From Glaucostegus cemiculus (lineage: Eukaryota), in NCBI GenBank assembly GCA_976551045.1, contig CDPCPM010000005.1, forward strand, positions 21,452,001-21,516,000: DNA of 64,000 bases. Reading direction: 5' to 3'. The first letter of the stretch is position 1; the number at the start of each line of letters is the position of its first letter. Positions 13,666 to 26,630 of this stretch are shown here, piece after piece. Made by a program: the position numbers and the translations under genes. Below the pieces are notes generated by a model. The model was not told where the DNA came from, made no database searches, and was given only the letters and a program-made list of their open reading frames with translations.

Positions 13666-16600
13666 TACAAAGCTTCAAACCACAATTCTATCTTAATCAG
13701 AAATACTGCAGGGTGATAAGTCAATTACATTCCATTTTGGATGTTTGGGTGCCCATGAATATATCAAAAGTTACTTTACCCTGTAGCTCTGGAAAATTAT
13801 GAAGAATTATATTTTGATGATAGAATATAGAATTATAGTCCAAATTTGATGCAGTAATGATGGGTAAATTCTGATTCTAGTAATTCATTTGAATTTCATT
13901 ATTTTTGTATTTGGAAATCAAATTGATTAAAACAGTATTTTTTTACATCTTACACATGTACTTTATAAAACAAAACTTGATTTTATCTCATTCCAGGAAA
14001 TACATATGAAAACAACAGCCACCACTTCTGCTTATGGAACTGTCTCCACCACAACACTATCACCCAGGTTTGTGTTTGTTTGACTTAGTGGTGATATAAC
14101 TTTAAGTGAATCAATGGTCCTATTGTGTTTTAATTTACTTATATAGATGCCAGCTTCCTGTACTTTTGTATGTGTTATTGTATTACCAGTTTTTGGCTCA
14201 GTTAATGAGACAAATTAAAAATTTACTGCCTAAAGCATGAAACTGAATAAAAGAGTTAAGTGTTCTACTATATTTCTGTCACAGCTTATTCACAGAAGTT
14301 AGATCAGGCAATCTTAAGGGTGCATGGCAATGATAAGCAAATGGAGCCTTGGGAGCTAATAGGTTTGGATGGACAGTGTCATTGTGGTCAAGATTTGACC
14401 AGGGGGATCAAATTTCTATTTGGATGAAGAATGGTAATAAGAGTATGGTGAAACTCGGAGGGACAGGGTAATTATTGACCTAGACAAACACCAAAGGTGT
14501 GGCGCAGTAAAAATAAACACAAAAAGTGAAAACAAAATGTGCTATGGTATTTCACAAAAATTGTAACATGGTTGTGATGGATGATATGACTAAATCTCAA
14601 GCTCCCATCTATATAAGAGACAGTAAAAGTACTCTGAGGTATCACGTTATAGTATTTAGTGGATTTAAAAATAAGAGACTAGTTTTGCTGCTACCTATTC
14701 TTTATTTATTTTAGTAAGGTGTTACTGACATTTTAAAAGAAAGCTGGGAGCTTTCACAAACATTCAGACTATCAACAGATCATATTTGGTCTTGCTGTAT
14801 TTTACCAGAGCCCTGAAATGATGGCACAGGGTAAAATGTATGTACTAATAATGCATCTGTCTGAACGTTTCTTATTTTAGTGGAGAGAATTTTCAGTGCA
14901 AAATGTTAAGCAATCATATAACACACAAATTTAAGACCCAGGAGTTTTGTGTTTATTATATTGGAAAAGAGATCCAGATTTATCCAAGATAATATTTGGA
15001 CATGTACAACAATCAAAATGATTGAAGAAAAAGCTTTGTGAGATTGAAACTTCACTGTGCCATTTTTGAGCACTGCTAATGCACTAAATTTCCATGCTAT
15101 TTCAGCAGCATTATCCCATTTATTTTCAGTTTCATTCACACGGGGCACTCAGAAGTTTGACACAAATGCATTAAGCACTATGCTAAAAATAGAGTGAAAT
15201 TTTAACCTACAGAAATCTACGGAAAGCTCAAATGGGGCAACTAATGTGAAGAATGGGATGGATTTTGCTCATCTCTCTCTATTTGTAATATCTTTGGGGT
15301 GAGAATTAGAAGTGTTTTTATAATTATTGGATTATGATCCAATATGTCAAAAACCCATTGTAAAGTAGTTCACTTTAAAAATGGACTTCAAGAGTCTTGC
15401 TGTCGACTGAGAAGAGCATCAAGAGGTTAAAATCAATTACAATAGATGGAGTTACTCAGAGCCAACCAGAAATATTTCAACAATGATATTGATCCAATAA
15501 ATGCAAATAGATGATACCTGTCTAATCAAATAATAAAACTGATAACAAAATCACTAAATTAACTGTTTTTTTGAGGAAACATCACAGGTAAAACAATTCT
15601 GATAAATATATACTTAACTGTCTTACCCTCTTATCAACATTTCCTTAACTGGCCACTGATTAAAACCTACATATCCAAATTATGGCACAGATATGAATAA
15701 AAACACCAAACCAACTTGAAAATCTTACAAAGCTATAACCAAAAATGTATTTAGCGAAAAAATGTTTTTGTTTGTTTACTGATTAATGCTGAAACGTTGT
15801 TTATTTGTAACATGAAAGCTATTTACAATCATGAGTGGACAGTGGGTCTTGTATAAAGTGCTACATGTAAGTAAATATTCCACAATAATGGAACTGAGAA
15901 TAACACCAGGTCTGAGCTTCCCCTTCCCAGTAAATACATCCACCACTGCAATAATTACAGATGCATTCTAATGTAAGTATTGTATTAGCATTCACTGGAA
16001 TGTGTGAAAGAATACTGCAAGCAAGCATTTGTCATTTACTAACGTTACGAATGAGCATTGGTGTTTACCAGGGCACCGTGTGTGCTGTGATTGGATATTG
16101 TCATTCAATAGAATGCATCAGTGAGTATTGTAATTGGGTATTGGCATTTACTAGCTCACATCTGTGAATAAACTCCAGCCACATAAAATTCTTAGATTCA
16201 TGGCATGTTAGTTTAATAGCTGATTACATAATATTTAGAACTTCCTGTAGTTATTAAGTAAAGATTATTTGGGAGGGGCGGTCAAACATTACCAAAGCAC
16301 CATCCATTTAGAAGAGATATTTTGGCAATAATTTCTTGTAAGGTGCTATGTGACTACAACACAATTAGCTTCTCATATAAATTCACACTTTTTTCCTCAA
16401 AAATTTCAGATCAGCTCTTAGTAAATGCAGCATAATACCAATAAATTTCATTTCTCTGCAAAGTATGAGGCAATAAACAGCTACTGTGCTGATTAAATGC
16501 AAAGGCCGCAGGCCAAGGTGGTTAATCAAAACGCAGGGGCATTTATTGCCACACATACTCAAGACAAAAAGAAATTATCGTTTAATTTAACAAAATTCCA

Positions 16601-19191
16601 GGTCATTGGTATCATCCTATCTTTCACCTTGCGTTGCTGACTGCTTAGTTTTATGCATGTGCAGCTAATGAATACAATACAATATCTGTATGCATGCTTT
16701 AGAGTCACTGCAAGGAGATGCAAGCTAACCCTAACGACACCATTAAATAAAAAGCTTTTCTCTTGTAAAATCCAGGAACCTCAAAAAAAAATGTCAGTAA
16801 ATCTTATAACGGAGCTGCACAGGCAGTCCCATGAATCTCTCTAACCATACAGAGGGATTTTCACTTAATTCACTTTGGAAATTCATGGGACTATAACACA
16901 GCCGTGACTTATCACTGCTTTCCAAAATTGTTAGTTCTCTTTCTACTTGCATAGGTGGGTGGGCTCTCTCAGGAATTCAAGGATCTACAAGGTTCAGGAA
17001 CATTTTGACATTTCAGGAACAAGGTAATATATTTCTTCGTCAATGCTGTATTTAAATGCTTGAGTTTATCTTCACATTGCTTACTTTGTGGAGAGGATTT
17101 TCCAGCATTTTTACATTGAAATATATTTTGATCTTTCTTAATTTTCCTTTGTCTGTCAGCTTTTGGTCCTTAGACTGTCAGCAATTTCATTGAAATTCTA
17201 GTTTACTTTGATCAGTAATTCTCAGTTTTATTTAACATACTGCATTGCTAAAATGAACATAAATTATTAGAGTAACAAAATCACGCTATTAACTTGCTAT
17301 TGCGATATGATCCAGAATTATATGAGCTCTAAGACACTTCAAATAAAATCTAAAGAAAAAAAATCAATGCATTATTGCTTACTCAGTCTTTAATTCTCAT
17401 TTTATTTCACTGTTCTTTATGTTCTTTTTTAATATTATAGTATTACTTTTATTTATCATACCTAATCTAATTTATTTTATCTGATACCAACTTTCTCTTT
17501 AAATAGCTTTCTTAAAGGAAATCGCTTACCAGTTTTCATCCTCTTAGCTCCCAGCATCCATTTTGGTAGTGGGAGGAACTTGTAAAAAATGTACTTTGGC
17601 TGAAAACTGACTCCAAAGCTTGTTCAAGAAAGTAAAGCCTGAACAGATCATGTAATAAATTTAAAAAAAATAACAGGCATAAAGTAAATCCAACTGTCAA
17701 GACATGTCATTAGCAACGATGGAGTCTATTGCACAACTTTTGTGCAGTAAGGGTTAATATGACATTAAAACCAAAAAAGCACAGTGCTACTAAAAACTGC
17801 ATAGTGTTAACTACACAGTCAAAATGTGAAATACTCAAGTAAGAATCATGTCATGTCACATCATTTTAGAGAAAACACCACAATTAGAATGACAGCTAAT
17901 CTGCTCCCATATTATCACACTCAGGGTGCCATCAACTCTTGCTCATTGCATTGTCAATTCCTAATTACCGTTTAGTCCTTCATTCAAATTCCCCAACAGA
18001 GCAACCTCAGCAAAGTAGTATTTGAATCTCGTTAAGTCTCTTATATATTAACATTAAATTAAAAGTACAGGGAATTATGCCTAAAGGATAGAACAGAATC
18101 TTGGCATTTTGTGACTTTTTTTAACTTTGATTGTTTAAAACACTGTGACAGTTTGCCTCTGCAATACATTTCAAGGTAATTGACAATGTACGTGCATCAA
18201 AAGAGTGGAAGACACGATCACAGCACACATGGAGAATGACACCACAAGTAGGTGAAGTCAGTGAAAGGGTTAAGTCCCAAGTTTTGCTCACAATACCTGT
18301 TTATGCTTTGCTGAAAAACAGTAAAGTGGAACCATTGTTGACCAGATTGATCATAGGAACAAATCTGCTCCTTGTAACCTTGTTTAATGATATGTTGCTG
18401 GGCTCAGCACCTTGCTGTAGCTGTGATTCTTCACTGGCCTGGCCTGCATGATAGATCACAGTGGGAGGCTGATGGCGCAATCACTCACCAGCAGCCACTG
18501 ACACCTGCACTGGTCTGACACCCGTCCCCCTGGACGGATCAACCAGGCAGCTCAGCCTACCGGGAGATGAAGGAGAGCAGTGACAAAATGATTCTGCAAA
18601 CCGGCTAAATAAAAGTTCTTCCCACAAAAAAAAACTTTTTTTTCCATCTGTTAAGGACCTTGTACCTGAAGCTAGTTCTGATCTGTAGTCTTGTTGATTT
18701 AGGTCACAGATTTTGCTGGTCTGTGAATATATAGGTATTGTGATTAACCTGAAAGCCTGTAATATATTCTGCATTGCAAGTGGTGTCACTGTAACCCTGA
18801 TATTTCCTTTGTGTATTAATTTCTAAAGCAGTTCAACAAACAACGTTTTTGTAGATTTGTTAGAGCTATAACATCTAAGCTGTGTATTTAGGTCTTTAAA
18901 AGGCAAAAGCAGAAGACTTCTAACTATCCAAAGCAAATATGGATTGTTGTTCCAATAATAAATGGCATAAGGACCTCTAAAATGTTTACCTTATGGAACA
19001 TTTCATTAATAGAGTTTAACATTCATTCTTGTGTTCACTTAGAGAAGTTTACTGTTGTTAATTTCATAACTAATTTGCCTAAGAGTTAGTTGACACCTAA
19101 CAGCTTCCATAACAAATACAACCTCCATCCTGATGGCACTTCATAGACATGTTATCAAAAACAACATTGGCCAAACTGCAAAGGCAATATT

Positions 19192-19566
19192 GGGGGTAAG
19201 GTAGTTTTGTGGTTAATAGCAGCCAGAGTTCTGGACCATTGATCCAGAGATATGAGTTCAAATCCCACACGGCAGCTGGGGAATTTAAATTCAAGTAATT
19301 ATGTAAATCTAAAATTAAAAAAAGGCTGTTCTCAGTACAAGGAACCATGAAACTACTGAATTGTTATTAAAAACCCACCTGGCTCACAAATTACCTTCCA
19401 GGGAGGAAATCTGCTGTCCTTAGCTGCTTTAGCCTTCACGTATCTCTCGCACAGCCAATGTAGTGGACTTTTATCTGCTTCCCCAGGTTAGGGACAATTA
19501 GGGATGGATAAAATAAAATGATGGTATTACCAAGAATGTCAGCATTCTGTGAGTGAATAAATAAAA
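19192..19566 (+). mobile_element. Degraded tRNA-derived SINE
   Basis: B-box-like gagttcaaatccc (about 19253), body aaaaacccacctggctcac...ggaggaaatctgctgtcctt, and tail caattagggatgg...gaataaataaaa. Confidence 0.7.
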
Positions 19567-19574
19567 GGAAGGAC

Positions 19575-19960
19575 AGATGACCAGAAGCTCAGTCAGAGAT
19601 GTAGGTTTTAAGGTGTAGATTTCAGTGAATAAGTGTAAGAGAGGTAGAGAACTTCAGTGAGGGGGATTCCAGATTTTAGGACCAAGGCATCTAAAAGTCC
19701 AGCTGCCAGTGGTGAAATGAGTGAAATAAGGGATGAGTAGTGATTTCAAAGGATTTAGAGATTGGAGGATCGATAGGGAAGACCAAGGTCATGAAAGGGT
19801 TTAAAAACAAGGTGAGAATTTTACAATAGAGGCATTTGTGACTATGAGCCAGTGTAGGTCTACACATGTAGGGCAACAGGTGAAGGGGGTTTGGTGTAAG
19901 TTAAGGAAAGTGCATGATCTCAAGTTAATTGAGTGTACATTGAGAGTTCTGTTGGAATTT
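19575..19960 (-). mobile_element. Degraded L2-like LINE 3' fragment
   Basis: agaagctcagtcagagatgtaggttttaagg and ggggattccagattttaggaccaaggc resemble the reverse complement of the L2-type ends at 24530 and 26485. Confidence 0.55.
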
Positions 19961-20229
19961 TTCAAAGTGATAGGAAGCAGAGGCAACAAGTGATTAATGC
20001 ACCACCCCACCAAGCAACCAATTGTCACAGGTCTCTCATGGAAAAACCCTCATCTCCATTTGGGGGAGGTGTGTAGAAAAAGTGACTCCTTTCCACAATG
20101 AGAGAGAACGCAAAGCCAGCTTACTGCTTCTGTGCACCCATCACACAGAAGCTATCACAGACAAGTATGGTCATAGAACTGGAAATATAAGCAGGAATAA
20201 AATGTGGAAGCCAAACAAGGGGCATTGAA

Positions 20230-21312
20230 AGAATGGAAAAGGGGAGGAAAATATAATTAACATAATTGGAAAGGTAAATGATATGTAAGCCTTTATTGCA
20301 AGAGGATTTGAATACTGGAGGCATTTACATTACATAGGGCCCTGATGAGATTGCATCTGGAATATTATGTATAGGTATTATGTATATGTATACATTATGT
20401 ATATTATGTATAGGTCTGGTTTCACTACCTAAGAGAATTATATTTCTGATAGAATCATAGAGCCATAGAGTTGTACAGTGCAGAAAAAGGCCATTCAGCC
20501 CAGCATATCCATGCTGACCTTTTTGCCCATCTACATTAATCCCATTTGCCCACATTGAGTCTGTATCTGTCTATGCCTTGCCTATTTGAGTGCCTGCCTA
20601 AATGTCTCTTAAACATCGCAATTATATCTGACTCCACCACTTCTTCTGGCAGTGAGCTCCAGATGTCAATCATTCTCTGTGTAAAAAGATCTTTCCTCTC
20701 AAATCCCCTTTAAAGCTCCTTCCACTCACCATAAACATGTGTTCTCTTGTTTTTGATAATTCTACCTCAAGAAAAAGATTCTGATCATCAATCCTATCTA
20801 TAGCTCTTATACTTTTATATACCTCTATCAGGTTGTGCAGAAGTTCATCTGATTGATTTCTGGAATGGCAGGTTTGTCATATGAGGAGAGATTAAGTAGA
20901 CGGGGCCTATACTCTTCAAGGCTTAGAAGAATGAGGGGTGATCTCATTGAAATGTACAAAAATGTTTAGTGAGTTGACAAGTAGATATGGGTGAACGTTT
21001 CCTTTGGCTTGAGGTGTCTACAACCAGGGATCATAATTTTAAAGTAATGGATTGGTCAATCAGCACAGACATGAGAAAAAAATGTCTTTACCCAGGAGGT
21101 AGTGAATCTTTGGAATTTTCTACTCAAGAGGGATGTGGATGTTCAGTTGCTGAATATATTTAAGATAGAAATTAATAGACTTTTGGATATAGAAGGAATC
21201 AAAAAGTATGAAGTTAATACAGCAATGTGACACTGAGGTAAAAGATCAACCATGGACATTGAATGGCAAACAAGGGGTCAAATGGTCCACTCCTGCTTTA
21301 TTTTTTATGTTC
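20230..21312 (+). mobile_element. CR1-like LINE 3' fragment interrupted by an antisense CR1 insertion
   Basis: gcctttattgcaagaggatttgaatac precedes the insertion. After it, tatgaggagagattaagtagacggggcctatactct...agaagaatgaggggtgatctcattgaaatgtacaaa (YEERLSR..LYS..RRMRGDLIEMYK) continues. Confidence 0.8.
20449..20832 (-). mobile_element. Nested antisense CR1-like 3' end
   Basis: Starts with the tail agaatcatagagccatagag, continues cagaaaaaggccattcagccc and ends tatacctctatcagg (DLIEVYK on the minus strand). Confidence 0.85.
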
Positions 21313-22036
21313 ATTGTTTCTCTGCCAACTGTCCAGTACCTCTCACAATGGTACAACATGAGCACTATAACCTTGCTGCCAGCATTATTAGGAGCAATCA
21401 TCCATCTTTTGTTAAATAAATTCAAGTTGATGTCACTATATTTGATTTATTCTCACCCTTTAAAAAATTCCTCCATTAAGGGGAATATTTCCTAATTATT
21501 GTAAAATCAAAAGCAGAAAGCAATTATAGTTTTACCATAAATATCCAACAGCAGAATTCATTCTTCCATGGAACCTATTACTGTCCAGTGTAGCCCTATT
21601 TGGAACTATATTATTTTAACAATTACAATTTTGGTAACTAGATCCCTCAGACTTCAGCTTATAGTAACCACAGACCAACTATTGTGCAATAAAGATGTGA
21701 AATCATGAACGGTCCCCTCATTCTTTCTTCCATTTTACCAGTGAAGAAACATTTGAAAATTAGTGCAAAATCTGTGCAAAGTAACAGTCAAAAGCCCAGT
21801 TCAGAATGTATTATTGTACTTCCAATCTTAAAATAAAAATCATTTTGGTATAAGTAGGTTCAATGAACTCAGCACTTAGTTTGCAATATTCATAGCACTT
21901 TAATGGAGAAATAAAGATCTCCATAGGTAAGATTTCCTGATTGTTGAGATAACAGTGGGCAGTCCCTTTTGATTTGCTGGACAAAAAAATCACTAATTTT
22001 CTTTAAAAATTGTTTTCATTTTTAAGTCAAAAACAT

Positions 22037-22201
22037 ACTGTGTCATAGATAGATTATGGTGTGGTCAGCAGTGAGATATGATGAATATCTCCACTCATGA
22101 GGCTGACCATAATTCATTTGTGACTTCTCCAATCGTGAGTTATCTGATCAGCCTCAAGAGTAGAGATATTTATCATATCTCACTGCCAGGAATGACACAG
22201 T
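22037..22201. repeat. Palindromic (MITE-like) element
   Basis: Arms 22068-22116 and 22136-22186 are reverse complements with a few mismatches and one small indel. There is an outer 10-bp inverted pair, actgtgtcat (22037-22046) / atgacacagt (22192-22201). Confidence 0.85.
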
Positions 22202-22914
22202 CTCTATTTATAACCATTTGTGAACTCAACCACAGTTAGATGTGAAGTTAGGTCCCCTCAAGGAACAAATATTATAAACCTCTGGCGAGAGTCATGCTTC
22301 CTTGGAACTATTGCCACTTTGAAACTATGACAATGAATTGCAATGCATTGTTCAATTTTCAAAGCAGAATGAAATGGGATCACATTTTCTCTGCTTCCTG
22401 GTATAACTATGGAGTTGGGGGGGGGGGGAGGGGGTGTAGTTAGATCTATGTATGTAACACTTGTACTGGCTTTTGACTGCAGATGGGATTTTAATAATTG
22501 AAAAATCCTCATGAGCCAATCATTTTTTTTTACTTTTTTTTTATTAAGTACTCTTACTTCATTTGTCAGAACTTTGCATTAGCTGTTTCTAATGCCATCA
22601 GTTTATTTACATTGCTTCTGGTGCAAAGCTCTCTTTCCAGGTTCACAATTTGAATCAATGCACATCTACATTTTATACTGCATTTCTTGTCAGCTTCAGA
22701 AATGCTACACATGCAGTGAAAGTGGAGTGTAAAAGCAGCGTGCAAGCTCTCAACTTCAACTCCATGTTAGTTGTTTGCAAAGGCAAACTGAACAAGATTA
22801 ATGGAAATTTGCTGTAAACTCCTGCAGGGATCACTAATGTGATATGGAAACTGAGAGCTACACATTCTTCAGACTTAGTTTGAGGTTTTGCTGCATATAA
22901 ACATTCTGTCAGTA

Positions 22915-23570
22915 CTAGGCCAACTCAAGGCTGTTTTGCCATTCAGTTAGATCATGGCTGATCTGTACCTCAACTTCATTTACTCACCTTGGTTTCACAC
23001 CTTTGATATTCCAAGAAAATCTCAGTTCTGAAATTTTCAATTAACCCACCATCTATTGGCGAGAGAGTTCTGAATGTCTGCTATCCTTTTGTATGAAAAA
23101 ATACATCCTGCTACCAACTCTAAATGGCCTAGCTTTAAATCTGTGGTAATATTACCTTGTTCTGGTTTTACTCATCAGGTACAGCTTCTTTTTATTTTCA
23201 CTGTTGGATCCTTTAAAAATATGAAAGCATCTCAATTAGATCCCCCATTAATCTTCCATACTTGAGAAGTACAAGCATTGACTGTGGTAACCCGTGCTCA
23301 TAATTTTACCCCTTTAGCTTCCATATCATTCCATTGAATTTGAATTGCATTTATACAACTTGTTTTTATGCAACTCTAGTGTAACTTCTACCCTGTTTTT
23401 ATTCTAGCTTCCTTGAGGTGAAAGCTAGTAATTCCATGAGACTCCTACATTATTTTTGTACATGTCCAGCAGCATTTGGTGATTTCTGTATTTGGATCCC
23501 TAAATCTCAATGCACCTCAACAATTCCTTGCTTCTCGCCATTTAAAAAGTACTCCGATATATTTTCCTCA
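22915..23570 (-). mobile_element. Old CR1-like LINE fragment
   Basis: gccattcagttagatcatggctgatctgtacctcaac is a CR1 3' UTR-like motif on the minus strand. The downstream sequence is consistent with decayed ORF2. Confidence 0.6.
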
Positions 23571-24529
23571 TACTTCTGGGAACAGTTTGGCCACTTTCAG
23601 GTTGGTTTCCAAGCAGACTTTGTCGACAAAAACTACTGACCCAGATTTACTGAAGCCAGTGAACTCAGACTGGTATCTCTGGTGGAAAATATAATTATAT
23701 TTGTATATTTATAGTCTGAAACACAAGTCTGTGACAGGACTAAATAAAATTAATGTCAGTATTAATCAGAGTGTCTGTTGGCACTGTTGCATTTGTTAGT
23801 CATCTCCTTGAATCTGTAAATTATTGCCTATAAATGGACTTTCACTGTGGTACAATTTGTTGCTAGAAAGATCACTCTTAATGTGAATTTGCTCTGTTCC
23901 AAACTGTGATGGTAAGCACTGAAGTATACTGAAGAATGAATGAATATTTTAGGTGGTGAAAATGACTTGCTTGATATCTTGCTTTTGTTTAATGATTTCT
24001 GTTCTGGGCACTGCTGCTTTATAGTGGTATATAAAAAAAGAATGCTGTCATTGAGTGAATCTAACCGAACAAAACTGAAGGTGCCTCAGGTTGAGGTTCC
24101 CCATAATATTGTGCCAAAAAAACCCTAGAAATTGTCCTAATAGAGTTCAAATTTGTACATGATTGGTGTTGATTTCTAAAGCAACATGGTGGCAAGGCAG
24201 CCTTGCATGATGTAGCATCAATACTTACATGGGATGTCTCCACATAATAATCTAGGAACATCATCTTAAATGTTATCAACAGGCAACAGGAGTCCTACTT
24301 AAGCAGAACAACTACCAGCCAAAGCTTTACCAGCAGAACAGCAACAGCTGAATGGAAATTCAAGGTCACCATCTGCCGAAGTGGTGGTAGTTGGTGAGAG
24401 GTGATCATGTGACCATTTGGTGTCTTGAGTACATTCAATTTTCTTTCCACGTTTTTCTTCCATATTCTTCTCTCCTCCCTCTTGCTTTCTCTGAAACCTG
24501 AGAACCAGGTGCTTTTTCAGTTCTGGTCA

Positions 24530-24712
24530 TTTAACCACCTTCACTCTCAAACTCAGCTCCTGTCCTTTAAGACTCCTTAAACTTTACCTCTTTGAGCAAG
24601 CTTTTGTTTAGTGATTCTCATATATTGTTATGGGGTATGTAGTCAAATTTTGTTTGACAATGCATCCACGGAGTGCCTTGAAATGCTTTACTCTGGCAAA
24701 TGCAGGTTGTTT
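24530..24712 (+). mobile_element. L2-like LINE 3' end
   Basis: cctttaagactccttaaactttacctctttgagcaagctttt...gtcaaattttgtttgacaatg...aaatgcaggttgtt; similar to 26485-26630. Confidence 0.65.
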
Positions 24713-26484
24713 TTGCAGGCATTGATTCAATCATTCCATGATCTTAGGACCCCTTTTGTATTTCAAATGGCCATTTCTGATGCATATCTCAAGGTACCAA
24801 ACATTATCAAGCTAATCTTTGATTTAAAAAACCATCAGATTGAGTCTCACCTCGTCCTTCCACAACATTCATATATGTATGTACACAGCTATTTGGATTT
24901 TCTTCATTTAGGCTGTTAGCACGTCAGCTGCCACTTCTACCCAACTAAATCTTACTGTTCTTATTGCAATGGCTATATGCTACCATTCTAAAATACTTAT
25001 TTTAGTGGTTAAAATACTTGTGTTCCAATTATCATCACAGGTGAAGTGGCTCTAAAGGAACTCGATGAAAAGGAGCATGTAGCATGCACATCCAGATGAC
25101 ACATATATCTGGTCGTTGTTTGAAAACAAATAATTTGTAAATCACTGATCCGGTACTCTGGAAGGTCTGTATGATTTGCCTGTACTTATACCCTTGCACC
25201 AATAATCTGTCCGATCTTCTGAAAGAAGTTGTGCTCAAACATAAATTCTGTTCTTAGCAGGAACATTGCTTCTGGAGGAAAAATATCCTGACTGATAAAT
25301 GTGAGACAATTACAATGACTTTTTTTTCAAATGGGCATTCTTGTTAACTTAGATTATGCATTTCAGAAATTCTGTGCCTGGAAATTGAAATCTTAATTTC
25401 AGATCTTCAAAATCATTAAAGTTCTTACCTATGTGTCCATGTGGATTAGAGGAGTTTCCTTTGGATTGAGACAGGTACAACATATTCCAAAGAACTTTAA
25501 CTTATTTTTTATTATAATTTAGCTTCTTTTTCTGTTCAGCTCATGGTAATAAGAAAAGTGAACTCACACAGTTGATTCTATTTCTTCCAATTCCATATGA
25601 GTATTAGGGACCTACATCCAACATGAAGCCATCCTCATCCCCAAGGATCACTATCACAAGATCAAAAATAGAACTTTATCCTCCACTAAATTGCCAAGAT
25701 CAGATGGACTACTGCTCCTCACACATACATCAATCTTTCTTCCTCCATTAGAGTGCAAGGATTCAGATGGCCACATATGCAAATGATAGCATATGCCATC
25801 TTTCCACATGAGACTGGACTAATGCTTAACACCCTGCAATATGTGTAAACTTTAAATCTGAAGCAAGAATGAAAGCTTTATCTTTTATATTAATTCTAGG
25901 CACAGATCGAAGCCACTTGCCAAAAATCCCTCTGACTGGGAAAGATTCCTGATGAAGGATGTGAAGTATTAATGTACATTCTGTACCATTGTGCCTGCAT
26001 GAGAGTAGTGGCTTTTGTGTTACAGAACAGTTCTTCTAATGCCAACATCACCAAATTAGGTATAAATGCAGGAATTTGTGAATTATACAGAAGTAGCCCA
26101 GTTTAAATCATTTTAAATTTGCAATTCCTATTGAGTTCTGTGATGTCAGCAGTTATACATTGCCGCATTGCAGAATCTCTGCTGCCCCTGGCACCAGCTC
26201 TCATTTGAATCAAACCCACTCTCAACCTAGATGGCGTTCATGTGAGTTTAGTCACACTGCACAATATGCTGATCAGATTTTGGAATTCAAGAGAAATGCT
26301 TGTTTACAATACACATTCAATCCACCTTGGGCTGTGTATATCTTACTTTATCCACACAGTCATTCTTTTAAGTTTGTTTTCCATTTCTTCTGGTCTCCCT
26401 GGGCCTGGTGCTACTACAGCTGAGGGGCACAGCATATTTCAGTTTAACACAGTTGTCAGGAACTCAAGAGTGAGAGTATTGAAT

Positions 26485-26630
26485 GTTCTCCTCTAAGCCA
26501 CTTTACATCCATGTCATCCTTTAAGACAGTCCTTAAACTTCTCCTTATGTGGCTTGATGTCAAATTGTGTTTGATAATATTCCTATGAAGTGCTCAGGAT
26601 ATTTTACTTTTCCTGTTAAAATACTATAGT
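26485..26630 (+). mobile_element. L2-like LINE 3' end
   Basis: cctttaagacagtccttaaac...tccttatgtggcttgatgtcaaattgtgtttgataat; same family as 24530-24712. Confidence 0.65.

Noticed and set aside
15975-16155. CRISPR-like repeat-spacer array
   Set aside because: The repeats are short, highly degenerate and irregular, and there are no cas genes.
25042-25100. Plus-strand terminal exon (G)EVALKELDEKEHVACTSR-stop
   Set aside because: The polypyrimidine tract is weak, no upstream partner exon was identified and the peptide is not recognised.
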